NCBI GenBank assembly: GCA_030390025.1
Contig: CM059432.1
Span: 105,960,001-106,024,000, forward strand
Direction: 5' to 3'
Origin: Squalus acanthias
Taxonomy: Eukaryota
Length of the DNA: 64,000 bases
The position numbers and the translations under genes are program-made. Within the stretch, counting starts at the first letter, position 1. Every line of letters begins with the position of its first letter. Under the pieces are notes generated by a model. It was not told the origin of the DNA. It made no database searches and saw only the letters and a program-made list of their open reading frames with translations. Shown piece by piece: positions 38,094 through 49,800 of this stretch.

Positions 38094-39296
38094 ATACAAA
38101 AGCAAATACTGCGGATGCTGGAAATCTGAAATAAAAACAAAAAATGCTGGAAATACTCAGCAGGTCAGGCAGCATCTGTGGGGAGAGAAACAGAGTTAAC
38201 ATTTCAGGTTGATAACCTTTTGTCAGAACTGGAAAAGGTTAGAGATGTAATAGATTTTAAGCAAGTGCAGAGGCAAGGAAAGGGAGGAGGAGAGGAAAGA
38301 ACAAAAGGGACGGTCTGTGATAGGGTGGAGGGCAGGAGTGATTAAATGACAAAAGGTATGATTGTACAAAGCAAAAGGAGATGGTAATGGGACAAGTAAA
38401 GAAACAAATGATGGGTCTAGAAGAGGTGTAAATGGGAATGGCAGAATCATCAACAGCTGCCATCTGAAAAAACAGGGGCAGAGGTTATGGTCTGAAATTG
38501 TTGAACTCGATGCTGAGTCCAAAAGGCTGTAAAGTGCCTATTAGAAGGATGAGTTGCTGTTCCTCAAGCTTACATTGAGCTTCGTTGGAACAGTGTAAGA
38601 GGCTGAGGACAGAGAGGACAAAGTGGGAGTGGAGTGGAGAACTAAAGTGACAGGCGACCGGAAGCTCGGGATCATGTTTACGGACTGAACGGAGGTGTTC
38701 CACAAAGCAGTCACCCAATCTGCATTTGGTCTCCCCAATGTAGAGGAGACCACATCGTGAGCACCTGGAAGGAGTGTTTGGGGCCCTGGACAGTGGGAAG
38801 GGAGGAGGTAAAAGGGCATCTCCTGCGCTTGCATGGGAAGGTGCCGTGGGAATGGGAGGGGGTGTTGGAGGTGATTGAGGAGTGAACCAAGGTGTCGCGG
38901 AGGGAGCTGTCCCTTCGGATGCTGAAAGGGGAGGGGAGGGGAAGATGTGTTTGGTGGTGGGATCACGCTGGAGGTGGCGGAAATGGTGGAGGATGATCCG
39001 TTGAAATTGAAGGCTGGTGGGGTGAAAGGTGAGGACAAGGGGAACCCTATCGTGGTTCCGGGAGGGAGGGGAAGGGGTGAGAGCAGATGTGTGGGAAATG
39101 GAACAGACACAGTTGAGTGCCGCCAACCACGGAGAAGGGGAATCCTTGGTTGAGGAAAAAAGACATATCGAAAGTACTAGTATTGAAGGTGCCATCGTCA
39201 GAACAGATGTGATGGAGACGGAGAAACTGGGAGAATGGAATAGAGTCCTTATAGGAAGCGGTTTGGAAGGAAGTGCAGTCCAGGTAGCTGTGGTCT
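38094..39296 (-). mobile_element. Penelope-like element, family 2 (GIY-YIG), 5'-truncated
   Basis: CSRCGLLYIGETKCRLGDCFVEH; 14-bp TSD GGCATCTTGCACTG (38080-93, 39297-310). Confidence 0.88.
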
Positions 39297-40136
39297 GGCA
39301 TCTTGCACTGGTTTGATTTTACACAAAGTGCAATATAGCTCCAACCTAGGAGCTCCATGATTTAGATCTCCTTTAAAAAAGTTAGGAGATATTGCCATTA
39401 GTCTTGAGAGACAATTTTCTGAGTATACATTGCTGACACGACACAAAATTGGATTTTAAACTATTAGCACAGTGGAATTTGCAACGATACCAGATGGAAT
39501 AAAAAGACACAACAAAATGTTTGAAATAACATTCCCATTATTATCATATACTTTTAACAAAGTTGACATGGAGATAAAGTTGAAATGGAGATAAATTTTG
39601 GACGGTGTTTCAGAAAGTCAACATTCGCAAACACTAATCCGCTCTTGAACATAAAACTGCAGGTGACCCATTCGTTCATTTTTCTTTTCTTCTACTTTCC
39701 TACCGTGAATCTGATTCTAGTGAGTAATCATTTTGATAAGTATATGTTATGACGGTTCGCAGGAGTCATTCAGTCTCCAAACAATATTTGCGTGACAGTA
39801 TATCTTTTCATCTGGAGAGCCCGTTGAAAGCAGACAAGACGGCCTGCTGCTCGGCGTCCAACACAAACACTCGCACATTGCGTACCGATTGTTTTGGCTG
39901 CGTCAGGGCCGATGTTTAACATGCAAGCGGCACATTCCACTGGTCCCAATTCATATATTTGCACCAGTGTCTCGAGATATCTGACCCGGCAGAAGTGTAT
40001 TTTCGCTGGTGCGGTTATTAAAACAAATACAATGTGCACTATCCTGCATGATGCGGAGATGCCGGTGTTGGACTGGGGTGGACAAAAATGAGAAGTCGCA
40101 CAACACCAGGTTATAGTCCAACGGATTTATTTAAAA

Positions 40137-40176
40137 TTACAAGCTTTCGGAGCTATCCTGCCCCTTCTTCAGGTAA
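40137..40176 (-). ncRNA. Minimal type I hammerhead ribozyme motif (mirror copy)
   Basis: Exact reverse complement of 40198-40237. Confidence 0.8.
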
Positions 40177-40197
40177 AGTTACAGTAACACAGTAACT

Positions 40198-40237
40198 TTA
40201 CCTGAAGAAGGGGCAGGATAGCTCCGAAAGCTTGTAA
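40198..40237 (+). ncRNA. Minimal type I hammerhead ribozyme motif
   Basis: UUAC-CUGAAGA-A-GGGGC(AGGAUA)GCUCC-GAAA-GCU-U-GUAA. Confidence 0.8.
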
Positions 40238-40697
40238 TTTTAATTAAATCTGTTGGACTATAACCTGGTGTTGTGCGACTTCTCACTATCCTGCAGATAT
40301 TGCATCTGTTTTGGGAATCGGGCAATCAGTAGAGATGAAAGGACACACATTCGCACGATGTAGCAAGAGTGAGATTTTAAAAAAACAGCGGCATCTGTCC
40401 AATAAAGCGATGTCTAGCGTCGGAAAGATTGATCTATTAAAGGCGGCGCGACGGCGGCCGTCGGCATGCGTGTCAGTGGGTAAACATTTCCCTTCAGGTC
40501 TGGGAGCAGCGAGGTGTTTGCCTGCAGTCTCCCGGTGCCAATTACCAGCGCAGCCTTCCATTCCTTCCCAGTCTTTGATCCAATCGGTCGCGGCGTCACC
40601 ATAGCGACAGTACAACGGAACGCTGTTGTCCAATCCCCGGGGCGTTGCCACGGCAGCCAGAGAAGAATTTTTGGGACCGCAACTTTTGCAGCCTGGG

Positions 40698-40738
40698 CCA
40701 ATCAGAGCCACGCTTCCGCGGACGGCGGCTTTATAAAA
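40698..40738 (+). promoter_or_regulatory. CCN3 core promoter: CCAAT box (40698-40702) and TATA box TATAAAA (40732-40738) in a CpG-rich region (~39760-41300)
   Basis: GGGCCAATCAG and TATAAAA upstream of the ATG; visibly high CpG density relative to flanks. Confidence 0.75.
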
Positions 40739-40804
40739 TGCAGGCGAGGCACAGCGGAGGGTAGAGGGCAATAGTCAGCTGTGTGGTGGTACAGTAGCGG
40801 CAGC

Positions 40805-40867
40805 ATGCAGCACCTCACTATGGCACTGCTGGCTTTGCTTTTGCTTTTGCTTTTGCTTTTAACTGAG
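40805..40867 (+). CDS. CCN3: CCN3 exon 1, signal peptide [21 protein letters not shown]
   Basis: ATG ~70 bp after TATA box, hydrophobic run, donor GAG|GTGAAT. Confidence 0.85.
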
Positions 40868-43800
40868 GTGAATACGTTTAACAGCATAGCAGGGAATATA
40901 ATATATTAATGTAATAAAGCAAGCCTTTATGCGTTTTTAAATTAGTAAGCTGTTCTGTGTGAGATTTTTTGAAGGAAGCTGTTTAATGGGAACAAATGTG
41001 TCCAGTTATGGATTTCATGTTTGGTATTTCAAAGCTTGTGCTCCGTCTTTCTGTTTTACAGCGGGCTAGCGCCCAGCATTGCTCTTCCCCTTGTAAGTGC
41101 CCAAAGGATCCACCAAGTTGCACACCCGGAGTACGGCTAGTGTTGGATAGCTGCGGCTGCTGCCGGGTTTGTGCCAAGCAAGCGGGCGAGGTCTGCACCG
41201 AGAGCGACACCTGTGACTCGCATCAAGGGCTGCAGTGCGATTACAGCGCCGACACCCGGCACGGTCTTGGCGTTTGCATTGGTGAGACTACAGCGTACAC
41301 GATGAAGTATCCTTGCAAACTTACTAACCAACCCGTCTGTGATTTTGTTACAATTAATATTAAATAGTTTCATCATCTAAGTTAGTATGCACAGTTCCTG
41401 ATGGGTCCTGCTGAGCACCAATATACCGTGGAACTGACCTGAGCGAAGTCATATTACGAACACTCCAGGAATTATATTTTAACTAGGATATTAGACTATG
41501 ACTAGGCTATTAAATTGCTTCTTCATGCTTCGCCCTCATTAGTATTCTCTCTGAAGTACAGGCTGCAGTTTGGGATACATACCTGTTTAATGTACAACTG
41601 TATGATTAAATCAGTACACACCATTTAGCTTGAATAAAACTTTCTGAAGTAAGAAAATTGAAAGAAAATTGACCCTCTACTTTTCCAAGAAATTTTCAAA
41701 TGTAAAATGTTAACCAAAGTAGATTAGTCAACTATCGAATAATTAAGAATGTTAGCAAGACTGTTTTGCAAGTGTTTATTTCCTCCCACTATAAATTATT
41801 AGAAAATGTATTGTTGTTGCCTAGATATAGGATTCTCTAATAGATAGCACTCTTAACAAGAATGATATAAACTTAATGTCCCTTATCTTTGAATTCTAGC
41901 ACATGAAGGTAATATTTGCATGTATGATGGAGTTGTCTATCGGAATGGGGAGACATTCCAGCCAAGCTGCAAATACCAGTGCTCCTGTAAAGATGGCCTG
42001 ATTGGCTGTGTGCCTCGCTGTAATCTGGATGTCCTCCTGCCTGGCCCTGATTGCCCATTTCCCAAACAAGTACAAATGCCAGGAGAGTGCTGTGAGCAAT
42101 GGGTGTGTGACCACAAACAAGAAGCTCCTATTGGAGGATTTGCAATGGCAGGTAGGATACAATGTTTATGTATTCTGTGTTCTTTTAGCTGATTATAAAC
42201 TGAGGATGCATCCTTTACACCCTGTAATGTATGAATAATCCTAAATGAACAATTAATTCAGTGGCTTAAACTTTTTAGCTGCACTAGAGTGGCACCTTAA
42301 TTGTATCTAACAATACTGCAACACTCTATACATAGGATATATTTTACAAATTTGCATTCCAGCAGAGCATATTGGGAATTTAGGCACACAGGATATTTTG
42401 TCAATTAGCAGCCAAAGTGTAAATTCATAAAATCGATCGTTCTGGTGTATACTACTTTCAACTGAAAAGGAGCTAAAATTGCATGTTACATGTAGAACAG
42501 ACATGTAAACTAATCTCTGATATTTCTATCTACCATGCATTATTTTACCGAGGCCCCGTCTGCTCTCTCAGGTGGACGTAAAAGATCCCACGGCACTATT
42601 TCGAAGAAGAGCAGGGGAGTTATCCCCGGTGTCCTGGCCAATATTTATCCCTCAACCAACATAACAAACAGATTATCTGGTCATTATCACATTGCTGTTT
42701 GTGGGACCTTGCTGTGCGCAAATTGGCTGTCATGTTTCCCACATTACAACAGTGACTCTACTTCATTGGCTGTAAAGCACTTTGAGATGTCCGGTGGTCG
42801 GGAAAGGCGCTATATAAATGCAAGTCTGTCTTCTTTCTTGCTCTCGCCTTGATCTGGAGAATTTCATTGCTTCAAATTTCCACCCCTCCTTCACTTTAAT
42901 GTGGTCCATCTCTGAATCGTACCTTCCCTTCTGGGTCTTCTCTATCTCTGGAGATAGGTTGTTCACTAAGATTTATTACAAGCCCCCTGACTCCCACAGC
43001 TACCTGGATTATGTTTCTTCAGACCCCTCTTCCTGTAAGGACTCCATTCCTTTCTCCCAGATTCTCCATCTCTGCTGAATCTGCTTGGGTGCCACTTACC
43101 ACCCCAGAACTTCCAAAACTTCCTCCTTTTTCCTCAGCCAAGGATTCCTCTCCACCATGGTAGATAGGGCCCTTGACCACATCCGTCCCATTTCCTGTGC
43201 TTCTGCCCTCACCCCTTCTCTCCCTATCAGAACCATGATAGGGTCACCCTTGTCCTCACCTTCCACCACACCAGTCTCTGCATTTGACCGATTACCTTCT
43301 GCCATTTCCGCCAACTCCAATGCAATCCCACCACCAAACACACCTTCCCCTCCCCTCTCAGAATTCCAAAGGGACAAGCCCCTTCTTGACACCCTGGTTC
43401 ACTCTTCCAACACCTGCTCTCCTTACCATGCAAGAGTAGGAGATGCAACACCTGACCATTCACCTCATTTCACATCATTGTCGGGGCATCAAACACTCCT
43501 TCTGTGTGAGACAGCAATTTACATGTACTTCTCCCAACCTAGTATACTGTATTTGCTGCTCAAACAGTCTCCTCTAATCAAGAAAACCAAACACAGATTA
43601 GGTGATTGCTTTGCTGAACACCTCTTCTGTTTATATGTGTGACCCCAAGCTCACTGTCACTTGCCATTTTAATACTCCATCCCACTCCGATCTCCCTGTC
43701 CTTGGCCTGATATACTGTTCTAATGAAGCTCAGCATAAGCTTAAGGTACAGCACCTCATCTTCCCACTAGATGTTTGCAGCCCTCTGACCTTAACATTGA

Positions 43801-46800
43801 CTTTAACAATTTCAGACCTTAACTACAGCTCCCATTTTCTCTTTGGCAGTAGGTGCTGGCAATGTGTAATGGGTATTCCAGTGTTTCCAGGGATGGGGGG
43901 GGAAGGAGTGGATTGGTACTTGAGGTGGAGACCCCTGTTGGAACACCACTGTGGGGTGGCCTACCCTTGGTGTCGACCTGCTTTTTTGCTTCCACTGGAG
44001 TCTTCTCCACCAAGCCGGTTTTTCATGCTTCACTTTCTACTACGTCCCTTTAGCTATTCACGCACTCTATGGGCTGAATTTTGCCGGTGCTCAGAGTGCG
44101 GGTTTGGAGGCGGGTCCACTGTCAAAATCAAAATGATTGACAGCGGGTTGGGAACCCACTTCAAACCCGCCTCCATGTAAGTTTCCAAAGTGTCAGGTCT
44201 TCTAGAACAGACCCGTCACCAAGTGGCGGGGGAGGCATTTAAGATAGTTAAATGCTTGTTAACTGCAATTTTGCCAGCCTATTTCTATTTTACCACTTTT
44301 TTTTAATGAGGTTCCTGTTGCTCGGGGATCACATCAGGTAAGTAGGTCGGGTTCTCTATGTCTCCACATTGCTGTGAATAGGTGACAGCTGCAAAAGTGG
44401 TATGAAAGCTACCACAGCTGGTCACTTTCCAATGTCAGAAGCTTGAGCCTTCAGGACTTGGAAGACACTTTTGAGCTGTATGCAGTTTGGAAGTGTTTGA
44501 AGTAAACTCTCTATCTACTATCACCTCCTTGGAGCAAGCTCTCTCACCATTGACAGATCGCATCTCTCATCTCAACTTCAGCTGCCATCTATTCCAGTAA
44601 CATCGGTGCCCTCGAAAAAATCTCACCTTGGTCCTCTGAATCCCTCCATGATCAGGCCCAACACCAACATCACCAGGCCCAACAACAACACCAACCTTCT
44701 CCGCAATCACCTGATGCTGCACAGGACACAGGGCATCAGCACCCGACAACATTGCTGCCCAGGAGGCCAGAGATGGCATCACCATGGCCAGATTTACTTC
44801 ACTTGATGCTGTACACCCTGGCTGCCACATGTGCCAGGTTGACACCACACCACACCAGCACCATAAAGCATCTCTACGATGTCCAAGCTATTCCTTTCAC
44901 ACTCCTCACAATTGGGGGCGGGGGGTGGGGGGTGGAAAGTTATGTCTCAACATTCACTGGAACTCCCGAAGACACTTCTAAAGGTTAGCACAGAAAGTAA
45001 AGTGTTGAAAATATAGATTTCAATGTTTGACAACACATTAACAGAAACTTCACATGAACATTGGTGAAACCACTCAAGTGCCTACCCTTGTGTGTTGTTA
45101 GTTGGCATGCTTGTAGTAGGATGAGGATGAGTGTGAGGGGTGGCTAGTGAGATGGGGAAGTGATAATGTAGATAGAGAGGGATGGGTGGAGGTGCAAGGT
45201 AAGTTGGTGTGAGTAAAGATGTGAAGGAGTAGGGTAGGGAAGGCAGAGTGATGTGGATGTGATGAGTGGCACAGCAGGATGAGGTTGAGTGTGGCTTGGC
45301 AGTAACGTTTCATGATCTGCTCAGATCATTGAAAGGCTTGCACCACTGCAGCCTGGTCCTCCTGACAACATCCCTGCTTGTGCCCTCCTGTGCAATGTGC
45401 AACCAGGCTGCGTTGGTGTCCTGGGGAGGTCTCTTCCGCCCATGGGAAGGGAAGAGAACCTCCCTGTTATGGAGGGAGTTATGCGAGAGCCTGGGTGCAG
45501 CCGTCCACCTTTGTGCAGTGCTTGTCAGTGTTTGCAGCACCTCAATGCTGCAGAACACTGACAGCAGAACTGTCAAAATCAATTTACGCATGGTCCCTTT
45601 AAGGAAACCAGCTGATGACGCGTCATCAAATGACGTGATGGGACTTGGTTTATTTTCATTGGCCGGGAAACGTGCAGGACGGGCTTAATAAGCCCAATCA
45701 ACGTAAAATCACTTGGAGAGAGCGGGCTGGAGCCGGGAGCGGGATCAGGACCCGCCACCCACCTCTCCCGCTGCGCATCCCGCCTCCGCTGGCGAAATCG
45801 CGGCCTATGCCTCGTATATGTCTCTTTTTTTGATTTCTCTATGTCTCCTTTTGTCTCTTGCTAATATCACTTCAGCCATTTAACCAGCTCCTGTTCTCCA
45901 TACAAGCACTTAATAAGTCATTCAATTTTTTTCCTGTGACTTTTTCCTTCCACCCCCTCCCCTTTCCCTTGTTCTGTTCCTTTTTTAAATGTTGTTCATC
46001 TGTAATATCTTCCAGTCCTGAGGCAGGGTCTTAAGACCTGAAACCTCAACTGACTGACCCCCGTTTCTCCATAGTTGCTGCCTGACCTGCTGAGTATTTT
46101 CAGCTTTTTCTCTTTTTGTTTTCGGGTTTCCAACATCTGCAATATTTTGCTTTTTATTTACGAGAAACGTCATGATGGCTAGTCCATGACCCCTGTTGTA
46201 TTCTCCTGGGGTACGGAGGCTGGGCTCAGCTGTGATGCACCACAGTTCAATAGCCTACCAACACTTAAGTTCAGATTTAAACCTGAAAAATGATCCCTTA
46301 AGTGATATCAGAAGGCAGTTTCATTGAACTGTCCCTCAGCATAAGTTATCAGCTTCAGTACAGAACTGGATAAGGGGACAAAACTAAAAAAATGGATATG
46401 CAAGTACATGTTTGTAGAAAAATTGGAAAAATGTCACTTTTTATTGAATTTAAATGCTCGCCTATGAACTCTTTTACTAGGGTGACTTATATTATATTTA
46501 AATTCTCATGATTGTTGTCAGAAGCCTGGTACAAAATGTTTATTTTTGTTAATTTTGAATGAATCCCACAGTGGGATAATCTCGGTCACACAAACCCAGT
46601 GTTTCTTGGCTTGTAATTTCAACTGTAAATCTTCCAAGCCAAATTCCCCAATGTCTTTGAATGTTATATCTTGGATAGAAGACACTCTTACTGACATTAG
46701 CTCTATTTATAATGGTAAGACAAAACATGAGATAGAATTGAAATTGTATTTTTCCACGCACTATAGAATACAACTTCCTTTCTTCCATGGTTCAGTTAGT

Positions 46801-49800
46801 AGACTACCATAGTAACTTAGAAACTAGGAATCATAGGATTACATAGGATATACGGCACAGAAACAGGCCATTCGGCCCAACCAGTCCATGCCGGCGTTTA
46901 TGCTCCACTCGAGCCTCCTCCCGTCTTTCCTCATCTAAATCTATCAAAGTGGTGATATTTAATTCTGCTGTAATTGCAAACAATTGCCTCTTGGTGAGGG
47001 AATTCACTTCGCCTTCCACTGCAAAGTTTCTATGCATAGCCTTGTGTAAGAGGATAACATTTTTTCTTCCTTTCAGCTTACAGGCAGGAGGCAACCTATG
47101 AATTGGATTCACTTAACCCTAGTCTGAACTGTATACAGCAGACCACACAGTGGAGTGCCTGCTCCAAAACCTGCGGCATAGGCATTTCTACTCGTGTAAC
47201 TAATAAAAACCGCCAATGTGATATGGTGAAGCAGACACGACTTTGTGAGGTTCGGCCATGTGGAGATTACAAAGTCACTGTCAAAGTGAGTACAAACAAT
47301 TAATACTAGAGGATTGATCTATACTCTTGGTCTTTCTGCAAATGGAATGTTGATTAAGATAGCTGGAGCTACAACAACAGCTTGCATTTACGTAGCACCT
47401 TTGACGTAGAGAAATGTCTCCAGACACTTCACAAAAACGTAACCAGACAAAAGTGGACGCTGAGCCAAAGGAGGTATTACAAGTCACTAAAAGTTTAGCT
47501 AAAGGAGGGTCTTAAAGGGGGTGAGGCGTAGAGGTTTAGGAAGGGAATTCCAGAGTATAGAACCTAAATGAAGACACGGCCACTAATGGTGAGCCAAAGG
47601 TAATGGGGGATGCACAAGAGGCCAGAGTTGGAGTAATACTGAGTTCTCGGAGGACTGTATAGCTGCATAAGGGTACAGAGATGGAGAGAGGCTAGGCCAT
47701 GAAGGGAATTTAACACAAGGATGAGAATTTTTAAATTGGAGCATTGGCGGACCAGGAGACAATCTAGGTTAGCAAGGACAGAGGTGATGGATGGGTGGGA
47801 CTTGGAGTGGGATAGGGTATGGGCAGTAGAGTTCAAATTGAGCTGAAGTTTATGGAGGATGGGAGGCTGACCAGGAGAGCATTGGAATAGTTGGGGATAA
47901 TTTTGACTTTGGGTGATGGTGTAAAATGGACGATATCGATTCAGCTATCATCCAAAGTCACAATTACCCCCGTTGAGTCTGGAGGTGAACAGGTATGGAT
48001 GAGGGTTTCGTCTGTTGATGAGTGGAGGTGAGCAAGGTTATGGAGGTGGAAGAAGTCTTTGTGATGGAGAGGATATAGGGTTGGAAGCTCACTTCAAGAT
48101 TAAATAGGGCACTGTGATTGTGAAAAGTCTGATTCAACCTGAGACAGTGGGCAGGGAGGGAGATGGAAGCTATCATATTTCTATAACATCTTTAACGTAG
48201 TAAAACATCCCATGGTTCTTCACAGGAGCATTATCAATCAGAAACTGACATCGAGCCAAAGAAGTAGACATTAGGACAGGTAGGTTTTAAGGAGTGTCTT
48301 AAAGGAGGAGACAGAGGTGGAGAGGTTTAGGCAAGATTTGGAGGAATGCAGAGTTCTCGTGGGTTGTAAGGCTGGAGGAGCTTACAGAGGTAGAGAGGGG
48401 CTAGGCCAAGGAGAGGTGAGAATTTTAAAATTGAGGTGTTGCCATACCGAGAGCCAATGTAGGTCAGCGAGCATAGGGATAATGGATGAACGGGACTTGG
48501 TGCAAGTTAGGATACGGGCAGCAGAGTCTTTGATTAGCTTAAGTTTAAATAAGTAAAGTGGTTTTGTAACTATATTATTAAAGCTCATTATTATAAGATA
48601 TCAATCCCTGGTATCAATATACAATTTTTTTTTAATACAGCTTCAACTTACACCAGGGTTTTTATTTGGTGTATGTACTCTTAATGTTACATGACTATTG
48701 CATGTAACCACAGCTGTGTAGTTCCAACAGGGTCACTGAATAGCTATCAGTAAAGGAAGCCGTGGTCTCTTTTTTATCCTCTAGCTTGGGGATGTTCAAA
48801 CCAGTTGTTGTACAGCCCCCCCGTCCCCCCCCCACCCCCCCAAGCCTCCTCAGTACTGCCATGAATGGATAAGAACGTAAGAATTAAGAGCAGGAGTCGG
48901 CCATACAGCCCTTCGAGCCAGCTCTGCCATTCAATAAGATCATGGCTGATCTTCAGCCTCAACTCCACCTTCCCACCCGATCCCCATATCCCTGGATTCC
49001 CCATGAGTCCAAAAATCTATCTAACTCAGCCTTGAATATACTCAATGTCTCAGTATCCACAGCCCTTTCGGGTAGAGAATTCCAAAGATTCACAACCCTC
49101 TGAGTGAAGCAATTCCTCCTCATCTCAAGTCTTAAATGGCTGATCCCTTATCCTGAGACTATGCCCCCTAGTTCTAGACTCTCCAGCCAGGAGAAACAAC
49201 CTCTTGGCATCTACCCTGTCAATCCGCCTCAGAATCTTATATGTTTCAATGAGATCACTTCTCATTCTTCTAAACTCCAGAGAGTATAGGCCCAGTCCAC
49301 TCAATCTCTTCTCATAGAACAACCCTCTCATCCCAGGGATCAATCTAGTGAATCTTCGTTGCACCGCCTCTAAGGCATATACGTATGTCCTTTCTCAGAT
49401 AAGGAGACCAAAACTGTGCACAGTACTCCAGGTGTGGTCTCACCAAAGCCCTGTACAATTGTAGTAAGACTTTTTTACTCTTGTACCCCAACCCTCTTGC
49501 AATAAAGATCAACATGACATTTGTCTTCCTAATTGCTTGCTGTACCTGCAGGCTAACTTTCTGTGTTTCTTGTATGAGGATACCTAAATCTCTCTGAACA
49601 CCAACATTTAATAGTTTCTCCCCATTTAAAAAATATTCTGTTTTTCTATTCTTCCTACCAAAGTGAATAACCTCACATTTCCCCACATTATACTCCATCT
49701 GCCACCTTATTGCCCACTCACTTAACCTGTCTATATCCCTTTGCAGGCTCTTTGTGTCCTCCTCACAGCTTACTTTCCCACCTAGCTTTGTATCGTCAGC

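Larger units (their letters stand above)
40049..40285. mobile_element. Palindromic ORF-less mini-Penelope (94-bp arms 40089-40182 / 40192-40285 plus 40-nt tail)
   Basis: TSD (CA)CTATCCTGCA at 40037-48 and 40284-95; arms match the Penelope terminal repeats at 3457 and 22916. Confidence 0.9.

Noticed and set aside
40089..40285. miRNA precursor or DNA-transposon MITE
   Set aside because: Arms match Penelope terminal repeats elsewhere in the window; the long TSD and one-sided tail fit a Penelope origin
40286..40887. Antisense ORFs over the promoter
   Set aside because: GC-rich stop-poor sequence with no recognisable domain
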